Positions 1 to 14,307 of a stretch of 64,000 nucleotides of DNA are shown piece after piece. The notes beneath the pieces were generated by a model that saw only the letters and a program-made list of their open reading frames with translations, had not been told where the DNA came from and searched no databases. The stretch lies in NCBI GenBank assembly GCA_964057225.1, contig OZ059899.1, forward strand, positions 15,872,001-15,936,000, read 5' to 3'. Positions within the stretch are counted from its first letter, which is position 1; the number at the start of each line of letters is the position of its first letter. This stretch comes from Auanema rhodensis. Taxonomy: Eukaryota > Animalia > Nematoda. Position numbers and translations under genes: made by a program.

Positions 1-915
1 TCTGCTTCCGCATTTCCGCTGCTTTCGGTGTTCGTTTGACCCACTGATGAAATATTGCCTTCAGGTGCCCACTCAGATGTGAAGTTTTTGGAAGTTTGGA
101 AAAATACGGTGTCAGCATCTAACTCCGACAACAGCAACAGGATAATGGGTCCATCATCCGGTGAGGGACATCAGTCTAGTTCCTACTGTCCCATGTATTG
201 TCTTCTTGCTTTAGCACGATCCATGTTCCAGTTTATAGCATCACGATTGAGGTTACAACAACATAGGTTCACTATCTTCTTGATTTTCGATCATCTAACA
301 AAGAAGAAGGACAGAGCTTGTTGCTTTCAAACCGTTCCCGGATTCCTTTGAATTGTTAAAGAATCATAGAATTCATTAATGATTCTTGATTTCTTCATAG
401 TTTCAGCCGTGGTCATGGAAGATAATGAAGAGACTACATTCGTATACACAGAAGCTCTGCCATGTTTGCAGTGCATTCAGTGTAGTCATGCTGTTTTCAT
501 TGGGTCATATGATAACATTGTTGGCTATGGAAGAACAGTTCAAGAGTTTAATATTGAAATGTGTCATCCTACTTTAAGTAACCAAGCTTTTTGCTCGACC
601 CCAGCTTCAACGTTATCTTGAGAATACTCTCCATCTAAAGTCTACTATTTCCAAACAGATTTATGTGTTCTTATCGAGCATAGATGTACTGGTATAATGA
701 TAAAAGGTGGTCACCAATCAACAGACGTAAGAAATATAGATACGCAGACACGTAACATTTTCAAATATTTTCTCTTTTATATAGAAGAACCTGAATGTCA
801 TTTCAATATTTCTGCACATTTTACAAGCTATTACTCCTTGTCTAAGTATAACTAATACCATTATTTTCTATTCTTACTTTGTATGAATTGTATTTACTTG
901 GTTGACTGACCGATT

Positions 916-1870
916 ATGAGAAAGCCAGCTTCTTCACTACTTACTATTCTGCTGACGTCACTGATTATCAGCTGTTGCACCTCTGAAGAAGCCAAAGAAG
1001 CGAATATTACTCTTCGAGCTCAACAATCTGACGGAAACCATTTGAATATTATCGGTAAGTTTTTGACAGTTTTCAAATTTTAGAGAAAGCAAGAACAGAT
1101 TCTGTTCAAAACAAAAAGAAAAATTAGTTTGTTGATTATTTCTTGCCTTCCATTCAACAATTGCAAAAATCCACACACTTCTCAGATGATCTAGAATTTC
1201 TAATCAAAAAACATATAGTAAAATACAATTATAAGTTATATATGATTAAAGATTATTGCTCACATTTTCAAAATAAAATAAAAAACATTTGAAATGTTTA
1301 GTGTACATCTGTCCGGATCCTAAGCTGAAACAAATTGCTATTGATGGTGTTACAACATATTCAACTACTGAAGAAATTAATAATTACATAGCTCAAAAAG
1401 TAGATGGGTACATAGTCTTTAATAATTTAATTTAAATTAATATTTCCTTATTTTACAGATATAATAATCAAATGTGGTCTGTTACGGTAGTTAATTTTAG
1501 CCGTGTAACTGGAGATCTTTTGCCTGGAGGAAGTAGTAGGTTAGTGCAATGTTTTTTACAAAAGCTTGATATATTCGTTCTGAACTTTGAAGGTTTTTGA
1601 AACATGATTAGTGATTGTTTTCCGCTTCTTTTTCTTCTATGAACATCAAGAACGAGCTTTTTACTAATTTTCCTAAAGTTTGGTGTTTAATGACGAATAG
1701 TATGATGATAATATTCTTAATGAAATGACGATATTTCTAAAACTTTTCTAGAAAAAATTCAACGAAAATTTCTAAATGTTTCTGTTTTCAGCAAAAATCT
1801 CTGTTTCATTTCGGTTGATAAGGAAAATATTGTCGTTATTATGGCAGCTATTGCTCAGCAATTAAAATAA
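916..1870 (+). CDS. Small secreted protein (~134 aa, 4 exons), probably ground-like (hedgehog-related) domain
   Basis: Exons 916-1054, 1302-1407, 1459-1539 and 1792-1870 splice in phase with GT-AG ends to MRKPASSLLTILLTSLIISCC...VYICPDPKLKQIAIDGVTTYSTTEEINNYIAQKVDGYNNQMWSVTVVNF...KNLCFISVDKENIVVIMAAIAQQLK*. The N-terminus is a hydrophobic signal peptide. The Cys...helix...Cys-beta pattern resembles ground-like domains, but the family call is inference. Confidence 0.65.
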
Positions 1871-2689
1871 TTTCAATATACGTAATTACGTACTCGGAGC
1901 ATGTTTAATTAAAAAACTTCGACGAGAACTGTCACTGCTTCATGATATAACAGGGTTTTCGATTTTTTAATAAACGGGTTTGTTCTTATTTGTTCTTCTA
2001 GAAATGAAATATCTTGTATAAACTTTTTTATAATATTAGGACTTGTATTCTTTATTTATAAAAACTTATTTTATTGATATATGAGAATATTTAATTATAT
2101 ATATATATACTTATATGAAAGGCGCATAAGATAAATCAAATGACATGGAACTTGAAATAATAATGAAAAAATTGAACCCGTGATCAAGAATTATCAACTG
2201 CACTTTCTAAGATACTACTTGACAATAAAAACTGAAATAAGAAAGAACCAAGTTTTGATTTTGATATTAACAAATTTGACAAGTATGCGAACAATGCTGT
2301 CGTTTGAATTTCACCGTGAAGTAGTCATCTGTACAAAATCCGTTTTGAGCCCATTTTTCACAGCTAGAAATGGATAATTTACATTAATATAATAAGGAAA
2401 ATAGAAATATAACCGGATATCCGGAAAAGTATTAAAAGAAAAAGTAACCTCGGGTTATTATCTGGTCGATAATGAGAGCATTTTGGCTTGTTCGGTCCTA
2501 AAGTATTAAGTCATATGATTTATATAGCAAAAAAGAAGCATATGTTGATAGGAGATTGGAACAAAAAAAAATTCAAAAAGATTTATTTGCCTTTTTGTTT
2601 TTTAAATAAATAAAAATTAAATTAATTTCACAATCTTTTTCAATATAATAATATAATTAAAGAGCTAAATGATTTCACTACATTTAATA

Positions 2690-4114
2690 CTAACCCTTTT
2701 CATTTTTATCACTTGAAGTACAGTAACCGCATGTTCGTCTACAATTCATCTGAAAAGAGAATAATATTTATTTTAATTAAATATCAAGATAATACTATAT
2801 CGTATATTCTTATATAAACTCATAACTTTTCAAAAACATTTTCACGCAAACGCTACGTGAATGTTAAAAATTCATTTTAATCATTTTCAATGAGCAAAAC
2901 GGTTGTTTTTCTAATCAGACAAATAATTTAACAGTAACAGTGTTTTTTTCAGTCTCATTATACGTATTTGGAAAAAGTTCAAAGTACTATATACCTTTGT
3001 AAATTCTTCCATACCATATCGTCTACATATGGTTTTATCAATAGCACAATCCGGTACGTTATCAACACATCCTAAATATGGACGGTATGTTTCCAAATAT
3101 ATTTTGAATATCTTTGAATAAATGTGAAATTAAATACAACCTCTTAAACAGAATCCACACATGTTTGGGCAATCTTCAATTAAAATTTGTTCCCAAACAG
3201 GATTACGACACATACGAGTTGTTACTTGATCACATGAAACTCTAGGTCCTACCATGATCTTCAACGTTTGTTAGCTGTAGCAAAATGAACTGACTTGGAC
3301 TATTCAGGCAATTATATTCTGGAGATTGACAGCAGTATCCACATTGTCGTGGACATATTTCCGAAGATAAACTTTTCAATTCATGATCAATTGATGTGAT
3401 ATTTGTCTACAATATAACTCATATGAAGCGTTTGTAGTTTAATGTCTAGGCATACAGTATAACATGCTGGATTACGATCAACATCAGATCCAATTGCCGG
3501 AGGAGCTCCATATAAAGCCTGACATGCTGCATCTGGATACAGATTCGAGCACATAACTGCTCGCATGTTAAACTGAAAACTTAATAGCTGTGTAATACCA
3601 CTTTATACGCTAGACATATCTTTCATATTTCACATGTGGGTGATCTTCAAGGAATTTTACAAAACTTTGAAGGTTAGGAGGAGATCTTTTGTCAAGTGAA
3701 ACGTTGTTTTATTATCTCTTGTCTTTTTGATTGCAAATAAGAAAGAAGAAGAAGCAAAAGAATATAAAGAAACAACAACGACGTGATGATCAAATTCTTG
3801 TCAATAAGGCTCAAAAATCTCCGAACTGGGTGTTGAGATATGAAGTCGAACTTAAAGAAGAAGTGCGAGCTATGTTCTCTCATCTACAAATATCCGTCTA
3901 GATTGGAGAGGAATAACAATTGTTTTTGAAGGAAAGCGATAGTTGATCAAACAAAGCAACATTTCTTTTTTACAAAAGGAGAGTAGTAAGCAAAAGCTTG
4001 ATATTTAGGGTTAAGAAGACAAACCTTTCCACTGGTCGTACATGCTTTATCCAAAATAGCCGATAAACTGATATGTGGATGTAAACAGGCAATGAGTATT
4101 GTTAAGAAAAGCAT
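2690..4114 (-). CDS. Secreted multi-ShKT (ShK toxin) domain protein
   Basis: Exon 1 (4114-4025) MLFLTILIACLHPHISLSAILDKACTTSGK is a signal peptide. It splices to FNMRAVMCSNLYPDAAC...CPRQCGYCC...PRVSC...MCRNPVW...DCPNMCGFC...GCVDNVPDC...IC...MNCRRTCGYC, with stop TAG at 2692-2690. Repeated CxxxCxxC ends are typical of nematode ShKT proteins. Confidence 0.85.
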
Positions 4115-4990
4115 ATCTAAACATTTTTATATTTTAAAATCAAAAATCCTAACAGAGAATAAGAGAATATACATATCGTATTGAAGAAACATATATACAA
4201 TCCATTCAATATATGAAAGAAATGTAATATGATAATTGAATAGATTGAGATTGAAAACTGAAGAATTCGATGTCGACAAGTAGAAGCCTTAAGATAAAAA
4301 CAGAGAGAGAGAGAGAGACAGAGGAGATCTAAGCATTTAATGGTTAGCTTCTTAACTTTTTTCTTTTTCGGAGCAACCATGGAGAGATACGGAGAAGAAA
4401 GAGTTTAAGGTTAGGAGAGTGTACTTTAAGTTTGAATGGAGTGAGCACAGTTAATGTGGTGCTGTTTATTTTTATTCTCGAAAAAGGAAGTTGATAGAAA
4501 AACGAGTGTGCTCGTCGTGATCGTTCATCTCACGGTTGAATACGGGCGGGCTCTCTGTTTGATTTGTAGTTTCTAATGATTAACTGGACGATACTTTCTA
4601 TACTTCGTTCTCTTTTTCTCCCTGTGTCTTCAACAGTATCTCTTCAGTTTAGCCCCTGAAACCTTCTTCTCTTCGATTTCTTCTTCTGTCGCCCCCCCTC
4701 TCTCTCTCTCTTTTACTTGAAGTTCAGCTTCATTGGAAGCAAAAAGAAAATAATATTCAAATCAATCTTTTACGTATAATATCTTGAACTAACAAACTGT
4801 TTGATTAAATATATTGATTATTTGAAATCTTTTGTATAACCTATATCGTCTCACACCTTCTCTTCTTCTTGTACTCAACACATGATTTCCTATATTATAT
4901 TATTTTCTAGATTTTAACCAAATACTATCATATCGATTAGCATCAATTAAACTAAATAAATTTACTACCTTAAGGTCATAAAAATCTTTC

Positions 4991-4991
4991 T

Positions 4992-5024
<33 letters not shown>

Positions 5025-5031
5025 CCTCTCT
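4991..5031. repeat. poly-C plus (CT)n microsatellite
   Basis: cccccccccc followed by ctctctct... seen directly; a related (GA)n run lies at ~5406-5440. Confidence 0.85.
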
Positions 5032-6588
5032 CCTTTTTGGTGGAAAATGAAACCGTTTGAAACAGGAAATTATTGGAGAAAGAGCTAATAATAGTTTACG
5101 AAATCAAAATGTTCTCAATAAAGATAGAATACTATCCAATGGAATATTGTCTTGTCGTTGGTCAAAGAACATAACTTGCAGTTGAATTGAAAATAAGAAA
5201 CAAGAACAAACAAAATATTGAGCTATAAACACATTCAAGTAAAACATAAAAGTTTGTTGTCTGATCAACATGAAGGAGACTGGACCGAGAATGAAGAGCA
5301 GCAGCGATGACAACGATGACAGTGACTGCTTGGTGGGTCTACTGACTATGAAGTTGTGAGCTAGAGAAGCTAAATGGAATCTGAAATCACACAGTGATGA
5401 GAGTAAGAGAGAGAGAGAGAGGGAGAGAGAGAGAGAGAGAAAGACAGGGAGGTCTATTCGAAATTCGAGGACAACGACAAAGACATTGACAAGAAGCCCG
5501 AAATGAAAAGACAAACTTTGGTACACGTTCAGAATTTTTCATTTTTCACCAAAAATTTTGTTGATGTTTCCAGATTTTCTTAGAAAAATTAATGATTTAA
5601 AAAGAATTAATGAACTCAATTCTGATATACACTTATACGTGCAAACTAACTAAAAGTTGAATATAACTACAAACATTGTTTGATTAAGCTGAAACTTAAT
5701 CAGAGTAGGTTGGTTGTTGTTTTACCTTCTTCTATTCTAATAATACTTATATACACAAATGAAGAAGAAAACTTAAAAAACCTTTTAGTTAAGCTAAGTT
5801 TTCTAAGTTTTTGAATGTTGTTCTTGCACAAACCTGTCTTGTATGTGTTTTCTGCTTTTGATTTTGAAACTTTCAATTTCATGCTAACCTATGTATATCA
5901 GTTGAAGTGAACTGAATGTTATTCAAACGATATTGTACTCTGTTATGATATGAAGTCAGTTAACCCCATATGCTTTTCAATGAGAAAAATCTAATATCAA
6001 TAGTGAAAACCGAAAGGATGAGCTGGTGATACAACTCGTTGAACAACAGCTAACATATCAGACTTTTCACATTTTCTTTTTCAGTTTCTCAATATGTGTT
6101 GTAACAAAATGAAATCCTTATGCACAATAGAGCATAAAGATGAAAAAAAGGTATGAAAATCCGTAGTCTTATAGGCGTTTCAATCGTACGAAACGTTTCT
6201 TCCACTCTACCTTTATCTCTTCCAACCACTTTCTTCTTATTTCTCTTTCTCTCTTTCTCTCTCTCTCATCATATCTCTCTTAATCTATCCTTCCCATTGT
6301 GTTTAAGCACAGATGGATATAGATATATGCATAGTTAACAGATACAAATACATACGTATGCTATATGCTTTTCTCTCATTTTTTTTCAGTCGTTTCCACC
6401 TACTCTTTGTAACTAAAACTAATGTTCTCCATCTTCTCCAATTTCTTTAAGATATTGTTTCTCTTTAATGATGATGTCATACATTCAAATCTGCAAAAAA
6501 AGCTGCAAAAACGAATTGTTTATGCGCAAGTTATCAGCAAAAATATCACAATCGTTCAAGGAAATAAGAGAAAATAAACAAAATTAAA

Positions 6589-9500
6589 TTAAAAAATTTG
6601 AATTCGGTGATTTTCGCGATCACTCGCAATTATGGCACCGTCGGAAACACATAGAGCTTCAACGCCCTGAAAAATGAAAATAATTATTATTAAATAAGAA
6701 ACGAAATAATTAAGATTTAGCAACCATCAGCCTTAAAACATGGCCTGGGATCATGCTCAAAGTAAACCTAAGGAATCTTTATCTACGTTCAGGTTATGCT
6801 ATCTTCAGAATCATCAGTACAACAATAAATTAATTTACCTTAAGCTGACCAGCTCCGCTTCCCCACGACCCGAATGTAGCGATAAATTCTCCATCAGAAG
6901 AGAAAACCTGAATATGAGCATGAGCAGCTTGAGCATATGATACATAGACTAAACGACGAACCTGTATTCTGTTATTTCCAGAATCTGCTACGAGCACATT
7001 GCCTTGAGTATCGATGGTAATTCCACGTGGAAACTTGAATTGTCCACCATGAAAGCCTTCGGTACCAAACTCAGAAAGGTACTGTCCTTGACTATCGAAT
7101 ATACAAATACGATGATTATTTGAATCCGAAACATAAACCTTAAATATCAAAAATTATACGTATAGTTAGCATAACAGTAGGTTAAACATGTAGCAACTTA
7201 CTTGATGATTCAGTTTACTAACGGCAACAAATAGAGGATTATTAAGATGACCAGTAGCATGTCCATGTGAGCCGAACTTTCCCACAAATTGACCATTTTT
7301 ATCAAACATTTGAACTCGATGATTATCCTAAACCATAAAAAGGTTTCAAAAAAAGCAAACTCAAAATGAAAAGCATTAGCTGAGCTTAGTTTTTGAAAAG
7401 CTTAGTATAGGCTGTAAGATGCTATTATTAAGATAAACTTAAAAGATTTTAATTGATGTTTATAACAAAAAAGAAATCAATACTTAAAATTGAAAGTTAA
7501 AGTATCCGCATTTACAACCTAAAGTTTATAAGCAAAAGCAAAAAAGCATGAACTAAGGACCTTGTCAACAACGTAGACGGTGCCGAGATCATCAATGGCA
7601 ACTCCCCAGGGATTATTGAACTTGCCATTGCCCTGTCCGTGTGCTCCAAAGCTGCTGAGGAAATTGCCTTCGAGGTCAAAAAAGCAAACCCGATGATTGT
7701 AGCGATCCGTAACAACTAGACGTTGCTTGCCGAAAGCGATGCCGGCGGCTGAGTCGAGTTGACCGGCACCGGAGCCATAACCACCGAATGATCGCACGTG
7801 ACGACCATCACGCTCAAAAATTGAGACACGATGGTTGCTCGAATCACAGACGGCTATCAACCCGGTAGCTAGGCTGCACAGTCCACGCGGCCAATTCAAC
7901 TCACCGTCCTTGGCACCTTTGCGGCCGAAGATATGACGGGGACGTCCGCGAGCTCGCCATTCCCCCGCGTCGCGAGAAGCACTTCGTCGTCGCATACGTT
8001 GACGCTCCTCTTCGGTGGATGTGGAACTATCTAAACGGCAACTACGTTCCTGAAGAAGTTGTTGGACGCGCTGCGAGCAAAACTGGTTAGCCAAATCGGG
8101 ATTGGTACGTGAACGTTGGAAACGCTGACGGCGACGTGCCAGCCAGGCTGGTACGACCGGCAGCGAATCCGTACTCGCACTGCCGACAGGGGCTCCGCCA
8201 GTCGTCGCGGATGTTGCTGCGTGCTCGTGCTCACCTACGAAATGCGTGACGGGAATCGGGGTGCCCTCGTCTTCATCGCGTGTTTGACTGGCTGCGCGGC
8301 AGATAATACGTAGACGTTGACGTCCACCAGCGCTCATCAGTCTAAGAGGAGGTTCTTCACCTTCTGACTCATCGGAGGAGGCAGCTCGAGATGGAGCTCG
8401 AGATCCTCCGATGGCAGCAGCTACCGCTTGTCTTTCAGCATGAGCGCGTTTAATGATCTCAACTTTTTCGTTCAATGAAGAATCATCATTGCTAGATTGC
8501 TGACGTGGAAGAAGCGGTGGCTTACGGGCCAAACGTGGCTCCTCCTTCTCTTCATCTTTGAGATGCATGATGGAAGCAATAGGAGAAGTGGCTCCTGTGG
8601 CTGATTTCAAACTGTTTAATGTTGATGATGTTGGCTTATGATCTGTGTTTGTTTTGGTCAGTGTTGCCTTCTCTGGGCGGGGTGGCAATGTGTGCAAAGT
8701 CTCCTTCGGTTTTGGTGGTGACAACGATGAAGGTGATGTGTTGGTCGTACTGCTAGTCGTCGTCGTAGCACTGCTTGCGGATGTTGACGTTTCCGGAGCA
8801 ACACTAAGAGAAGCTTCTGGCGCCTTGTACCATGGGCTACGCACAGGTTTGTCTTCCTTTTGCTCTGCTACACTGGATGGTCTCAGACGATTCCACGCTT
8901 CGTCTTCAAGCTGTTGACGTCGTCGATATCTAATCGAGCTTTCGTCAGTCTCACGGTGACTAAAATAAAATTTATTGGTTAAGACTACTAGGACTATATA
9001 TGGAAAAAGACTAAGCGGTTGAATGTTTCTCTAGCTATTATAGAGAGTGGAGTGCGAAGGAAAACGGGAAAGAGTTTAAGCTTATTACCTTAGTCGTGAA
9101 GATGGTCTATCTGATCGTTCTTCTCGTCCACGATGATGATCACTCTCTAAAGGTAAACGGAATGGACGGGGAAGATAGGATTGTTCCAGTGGTAGATACC
9201 TGATAAATACACAAATAACTCAATTATATAAAATGTATCTCCTTACCTTCCAGAAAATTGAGGTGTTAATACACACAATTCTCCAGCTGTGGATATAGCC
9301 TGAGGCAACTTAGCAGCATCATCACCAGCTGAGAATCGAACTTTACGTGTAAAAAGTTCATCAGCATCAGGCTGCAATGTATTGTTTATCATATTGACAA
9401 CAAAAAGAAAATTTTTAAATCTTACCTGGAAGTTCCTCAGATACTCAATTCCCTCACTGAAGATATTTTTGAGTCTAACAAGTTCTACATCATCCATCTG

Positions 9501-10424
9501 ACATTCACCCTAAAAACAGAAATCAAGCATAATCTAGAAATTAGAACAAGATATACCTTGATGGCAGCATCAAGACGAGATACAGCTTCACTCATATTTG
9601 AAGACTCTATTTCCAAAATATCTCTGAAAACAGCGTTCGTATAAAACTGGCAAAGTTTAATAAGATGTTTGTACCTAAGGTTGCTCATCAGGCGGCTTTC
9701 ATTAGCATGAAACATTTCAATCTCATAGATGAAAGCTTCTTCACGTTTTTTCAAATCACGATAATATCTACAAATATGTGAATAAGAATGTAATAGTTAG
9801 AACGTTTAGATAAATAAAACAAAATTGATTTTGGTGAATTCAAGCCATATTTCATGTACGATTTGAGAAGATGTAATGGTGCACAATTAATCAGAAAATG
9901 TAAATAACAACAACAAAATATAAAAATATTGTGGAAAGAAGCTTTCCAAAAGATTTTTTTTGATTCGAACTGTTGAACTAACCTGTGAAAATATTCTTTA
10001 ACTTCATCTTTTGTTGTTTCACTATTCAATGTTAATAATTCTAAACTCTTTTGCAAACCATCAGAAGCTTCAATGATTCTATTTGAAAGACGTCGGACCT
10101 GTAAAACTCGACTGTTATACTTGCAGAAAATAGGTTATAAGCTTTTTTTCTATTTGAATATCTACATATTTCATCTCAACAGTGAAAATATTTTTATGAT
10201 CGCACTTTGCTTCAAATATTCCCTTTTCTGCTATTTTTCAAAAAACAAAGTTCTGTAATTACATTTGAGCGAACAAGCTAATTTTGAACATTGAACAACC
10301 TCTTGAAAGCTTTTGTATGAATAACAATGAATACAGTATAGAAGCGAATGTGAGTTATTCACATTACGAACGGAAATACATAGACTATCTCTCTCTCTCT
10401 CTATTTCTCTCTCTCTCTCTCTCT

Positions 10425-10483
<59 letters not shown>

Positions 10484-13400
10484 CAAAGAAAAAGCACAAA
10501 AATTATAACCTGATTGAGTAGGCGAGACATATCACGCTTCATCATATCCATATGTGTTTGACGGCAATCTTTGCAAGCCTATAAATCGTATTCATTACAC
10601 TGATGTACAACTTGAAAGATTCTTAATAAGCTCAAGTTTTTTCAACTATCCACAAACCTTGCGATCGCAGTGAGCACAAACTTCACAATCAGCTTTTTCA
10701 TCACAAACTTTACATCGTTCCAAATTATACCTAAAAATGATTTATAAATTACTTTATACATACATATATGTACATATCCTCCCCCCATATATAGATTTAT
10801 CTTCCATTTTAAGTATTTTGTTTACAATGCTAAATATAAACAAAAGTTTTACAGAGCATTTTCTCAAACTACCTCAACTCTTCTTGGTTATACACTAACT
10901 CTCACACTCCTTCTCTCATCACCATTCATCACTTTTCGTGACAATCGGTGACTGTTTTGCATAATAAACCACTTAACTATCAAATAGCATTCAAAATTGT
11001 TATCATGTTTACTTTATATCATATAGTTCATAGAATTGAAAAACTAATTCCGAAAATTGTGTGCCGTCATATTAGATTCTGCATTGATTGATTAAGTTAA
11101 CTTCATCTTGAGATCGAGACATGTCTGCAATCTATTTTTAACAAAAAAAAAAGCCGAAATCTTCAAATGAAAAAGTGTCACTTTTCCACCCTTCATCATT
11201 GCTTCACTTTTTTACTCAATCTTCCCGAGCAATACGACACATCATAGGATAAATAGATGCACACGTGAATATCACGTAATCGATAATGCATAATCAATTT
11301 TCTAATTCAATGTCAATGCCAACCGCTTATTTCTTGAAATTCAGTTGCTGTGAACGGTTGTATGTACCTTCTCTCTTCTTTGCTACACCCACTCTATCTG
11401 CTCTTTCAGTTTCTGACTGCGGAAAAATCTTTAGTCGATGAGTTTTGGGAAGAAAAAACAATCTGCGCAAGGTGGACAGACGATATGAAACATATGAACA
11501 CGTTCGTTGCTCAGAACAGTTGGGAACAGTCAGATGATAGATGAAAATCAATTCGCAATCGTCATGTAGCTATCTAACAGCATGAAGTATCCAGATAAAC
11601 ATAACAAGTCAAAATTTTTTGAGCTTTTCCTAAGGCAAGGTGGATCTCTTTCGGACGTCACACAGTCACAACTTCAATCGAAATCGATAGCTTTACACAC
11701 TTTGCCAGCTTGAAGGCAAGTCAATAGAGGGATAGAGAGCACAGAATGACAAGATCCGGAGGTTGCTTAGAACGAAAATCAAGTAAAATGGAGAGAAATA
11801 TTGAAATAAAGAGAGAAATTGAGAAAGAGAGAGAGAGAAAATGAAAATCTTAAAAAGATTTCAAAATATTTCATTCCGTCTTCCTCCCTGTTTCTCCTGC
11901 AGCTTTCCTGCTTATTTCAAACTCTCATCTGTTTCACTTTGTTCTTCTCACTGATTTCCTTTTTCTCTTATTTTTTATTCATCTCTCTCTCTCTCTCTTT
12001 CTCTACATACCAACATACTATTTATCTCCTTTCTTTCTCTTTTTCTCTTTTTTTCATTTTTCCTTCTTATTTCATATAGTTTTCTTACATCTTCCAACAT
12101 CCAATATGACCAAGTTTTATGAGAGGCGTTTCGGAAAGATAAAAGACCCATCAGTTTGGAATAAGAGGACTAATTCATAAATTTTCTCCCTCAAGCAATA
12201 CAGCAATTTAGATTTTTTTTTGAAATAAAAAAATATTTGATACAACATAATACAATAAAAAGAAAACAGGATGTAAAAACACTAACCTATGCACATATTC
12301 TTCGATTTCTGCTGCAGTATCTGGAGTAGCTTGTAGATGAATATCGAGAAAACCCGTTAATGTATAATTAGTCTAAAAAAGAACATTAGTATTGTAAGAT
12401 AAAGCTTCAACGAGTACTTATACTACTAAGAATTGAAGTTAAATATATCTTATAATTTTACCTGAAAGGCTTTAACTCCTTCATATGGAATATTGTGCTC
12501 AGCCCGACATTCGGGACACTTTAAGGTTCTTAATAGAGCATCTCCACAACTTTCTAAGCATGGATAACAAAATGTGTGTTGACATGGTAACAGCTTTGGT
12601 TGTCTGTAAGTCAAACATTAAAATAAATGTCTATCCCATTGACTTTTTAAATTGTTATATGACATTGATATCATAGTACCTAACATGAACTCGGGAAAGT
12701 GAAAAGATATATTAATAGTTTGGTGGATAGCTGTTAGAATCGAGATATAACTGTTTTCGATCATTTTTCATTCAGTGTTCAGAGAATCTAGACGTGCTTC
12801 AGATGAAACGAACCGAAAAATTCGCAGAACGAACAGTACTTGAAGACGAGCAATAAGTGTTGCCGAAATGTTGTATCAGGTGCTATTGCACTACTATCAT
12901 AACGAAATCGGCAAAATGTGAGTTGAAATTGAATATCAGAACAATGAAAGCAATTAAGCTGAGAGTGTATAGCATGAGGTTGAACTTTGCTTTCGCGTAC
13001 TTTAATTAATAAATAAGTAAAATGGTTTTAGTGTCAAGAAACACCTGCTTTTGTGTTGAATAAGCGGAAGGAACTTACTTTTGTCTTTTTAGAGTTCAAC
13101 GTTAAGAATATAACTTAACTTTTAGCTTTATTATATATCACTGAAGAGCTTATACTCTTCTTCATCGTAACCGTCGTCGTATTCATCAGAATTTAAATCA
13201 TAATAAACAGAGTTGGTGAAGTCAGGGATGGACAGACGAGAACGAGAGACACTAGTAATCTAAGAGAGAGATAGAACAGATATGTGAGAGATAAAGGGAG
13301 ATATCGAAAGATGAAAAGAGAAAGCAGAAAAGATATAGTAGGTAGCGAATCTGTTTCTACTTCTCAACATCTTCTTTCTAAATTATGTGATGTCAGTTGG

Positions 13401-14307
13401 TCCTCACCCACCTATGGCTTCATCAGATCTAGCTTTTTGGGATTATTCTAACAGAAGTAATGCAATTGTCGAGAAAATTGTATAATACTATAGGAATATG
13501 AGTTCAGATATTGATCTAGTTTGATCATCTTCACCGCTCTTCCTCTTTCTCTCTTGTCTCTTTCAGCTTTCCACTCGTACAAGAGACAGAGAAACGAAAT
13601 GGTGACAACAACTACTAGAATCCGATCACGAAAAATGAGTTCAAACCTAGGTTGGTCATATGATTCTAAGGTAACGGCGAGAGCTTTTTGAATGACCGGC
13701 CAAGTCAGCTGGTTTTGTCATGCTCAAGTAACATGTTTGTTGAGAACCGGATGATAATCACACGTCTTCGCTATAGTACTTTACAATATCCAAGGAGAAG
13801 CGAAAAAAAATTCAAACTATAGTCAAATGAACATATAATTCATATTTCTTATTTAAAAAAATATATTAATGCATGTTATTTAGTGTCAGTAACGATCAAT
13901 GATGACGAGGTGGAGGGGGCGAAAAACGTGATGGGCATTGAGCTCATAGAATATCAGAAAATAGAGATCAGACATAACTTATCGCAACCACATGACTCAC
14001 AAAAGCAAAGTTGCACTAATGTAATAATTAAATTCAAGTTAATCAAACTTACTTATAACGATCCAAACAAATTGGACAAGTTAATAGTTGTTCTATTTTC
14101 TCTAAGGGATTCACAAAATCTGGAGGCCTTTCTTGAGGAGGCTGTGCCATCATCTCCCGAACCTAAGAACAAATTGTCTACTATTTGTTAAAAAGTTTTC
14201 AAATAGAATATAAACTTATACGAGCATGATTTCGATAAGAATATTTAATCTGAATTCAACTAGTTACTAACCTTCTGTCGAGCCTCAGCTTCATCACGGG
14301 AATCCAT
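6589..14307 (-). CDS. nhl-1: TRIM-NHL protein NHL-1 (RING, B-box-like, coiled coil, NHL repeats)
   Basis: ATG 14307 MDSRDEAEARQK|VREMMAQPP...LEKIEQLLTCPICLDRYK|QPKLLPCQHTFCYPCLESC...LKCPECRAEHNIPYEGVKAFQ (RING, near-identical to C. elegans NHL-1 as recalled). Cys/His exons at ~10510-10730, coiled-coil exons at 9250-10100, NHL repeats (NWPRG, NNPWG, KFPRG, DSxNxRIQ). Last exon GVEALCVSDGAIIASDRENHRIQIF*, stop 6591-6589. Confidence 0.92.
10388..10480. repeat. Imperfect (CT)n microsatellite in an nhl-1 intron
   Basis: About 90 bp of ctctct... with a few tt interruptions. Confidence 0.9.

Noticed and set aside
1-730. ORFs 55-351 and 379-621 in moderately GC-rich sequence
   Set aside because: No recognisable domain, stops in all long frames and no consistent splice model; may be a decayed element but unsupported.
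2413-2458. Short palindromes CCGGATATCCGG and TAACCTCGGGTTA
   Set aside because: Too short, no partner TIR or second copy seen in the window.
4117-4380. ORF starting MVAPKKKKV resembling an SV40 NLS
   Set aside because: The rest is microsatellite and AT-rich low complexity lying just upstream of the ShKT gene; coincidental.
11350-11544. Plus-strand 64-aa ORF with a TTTCAG acceptor inside an nhl-1 intron
   Set aside because: No convincing upstream exon or start and no recognisable homology.
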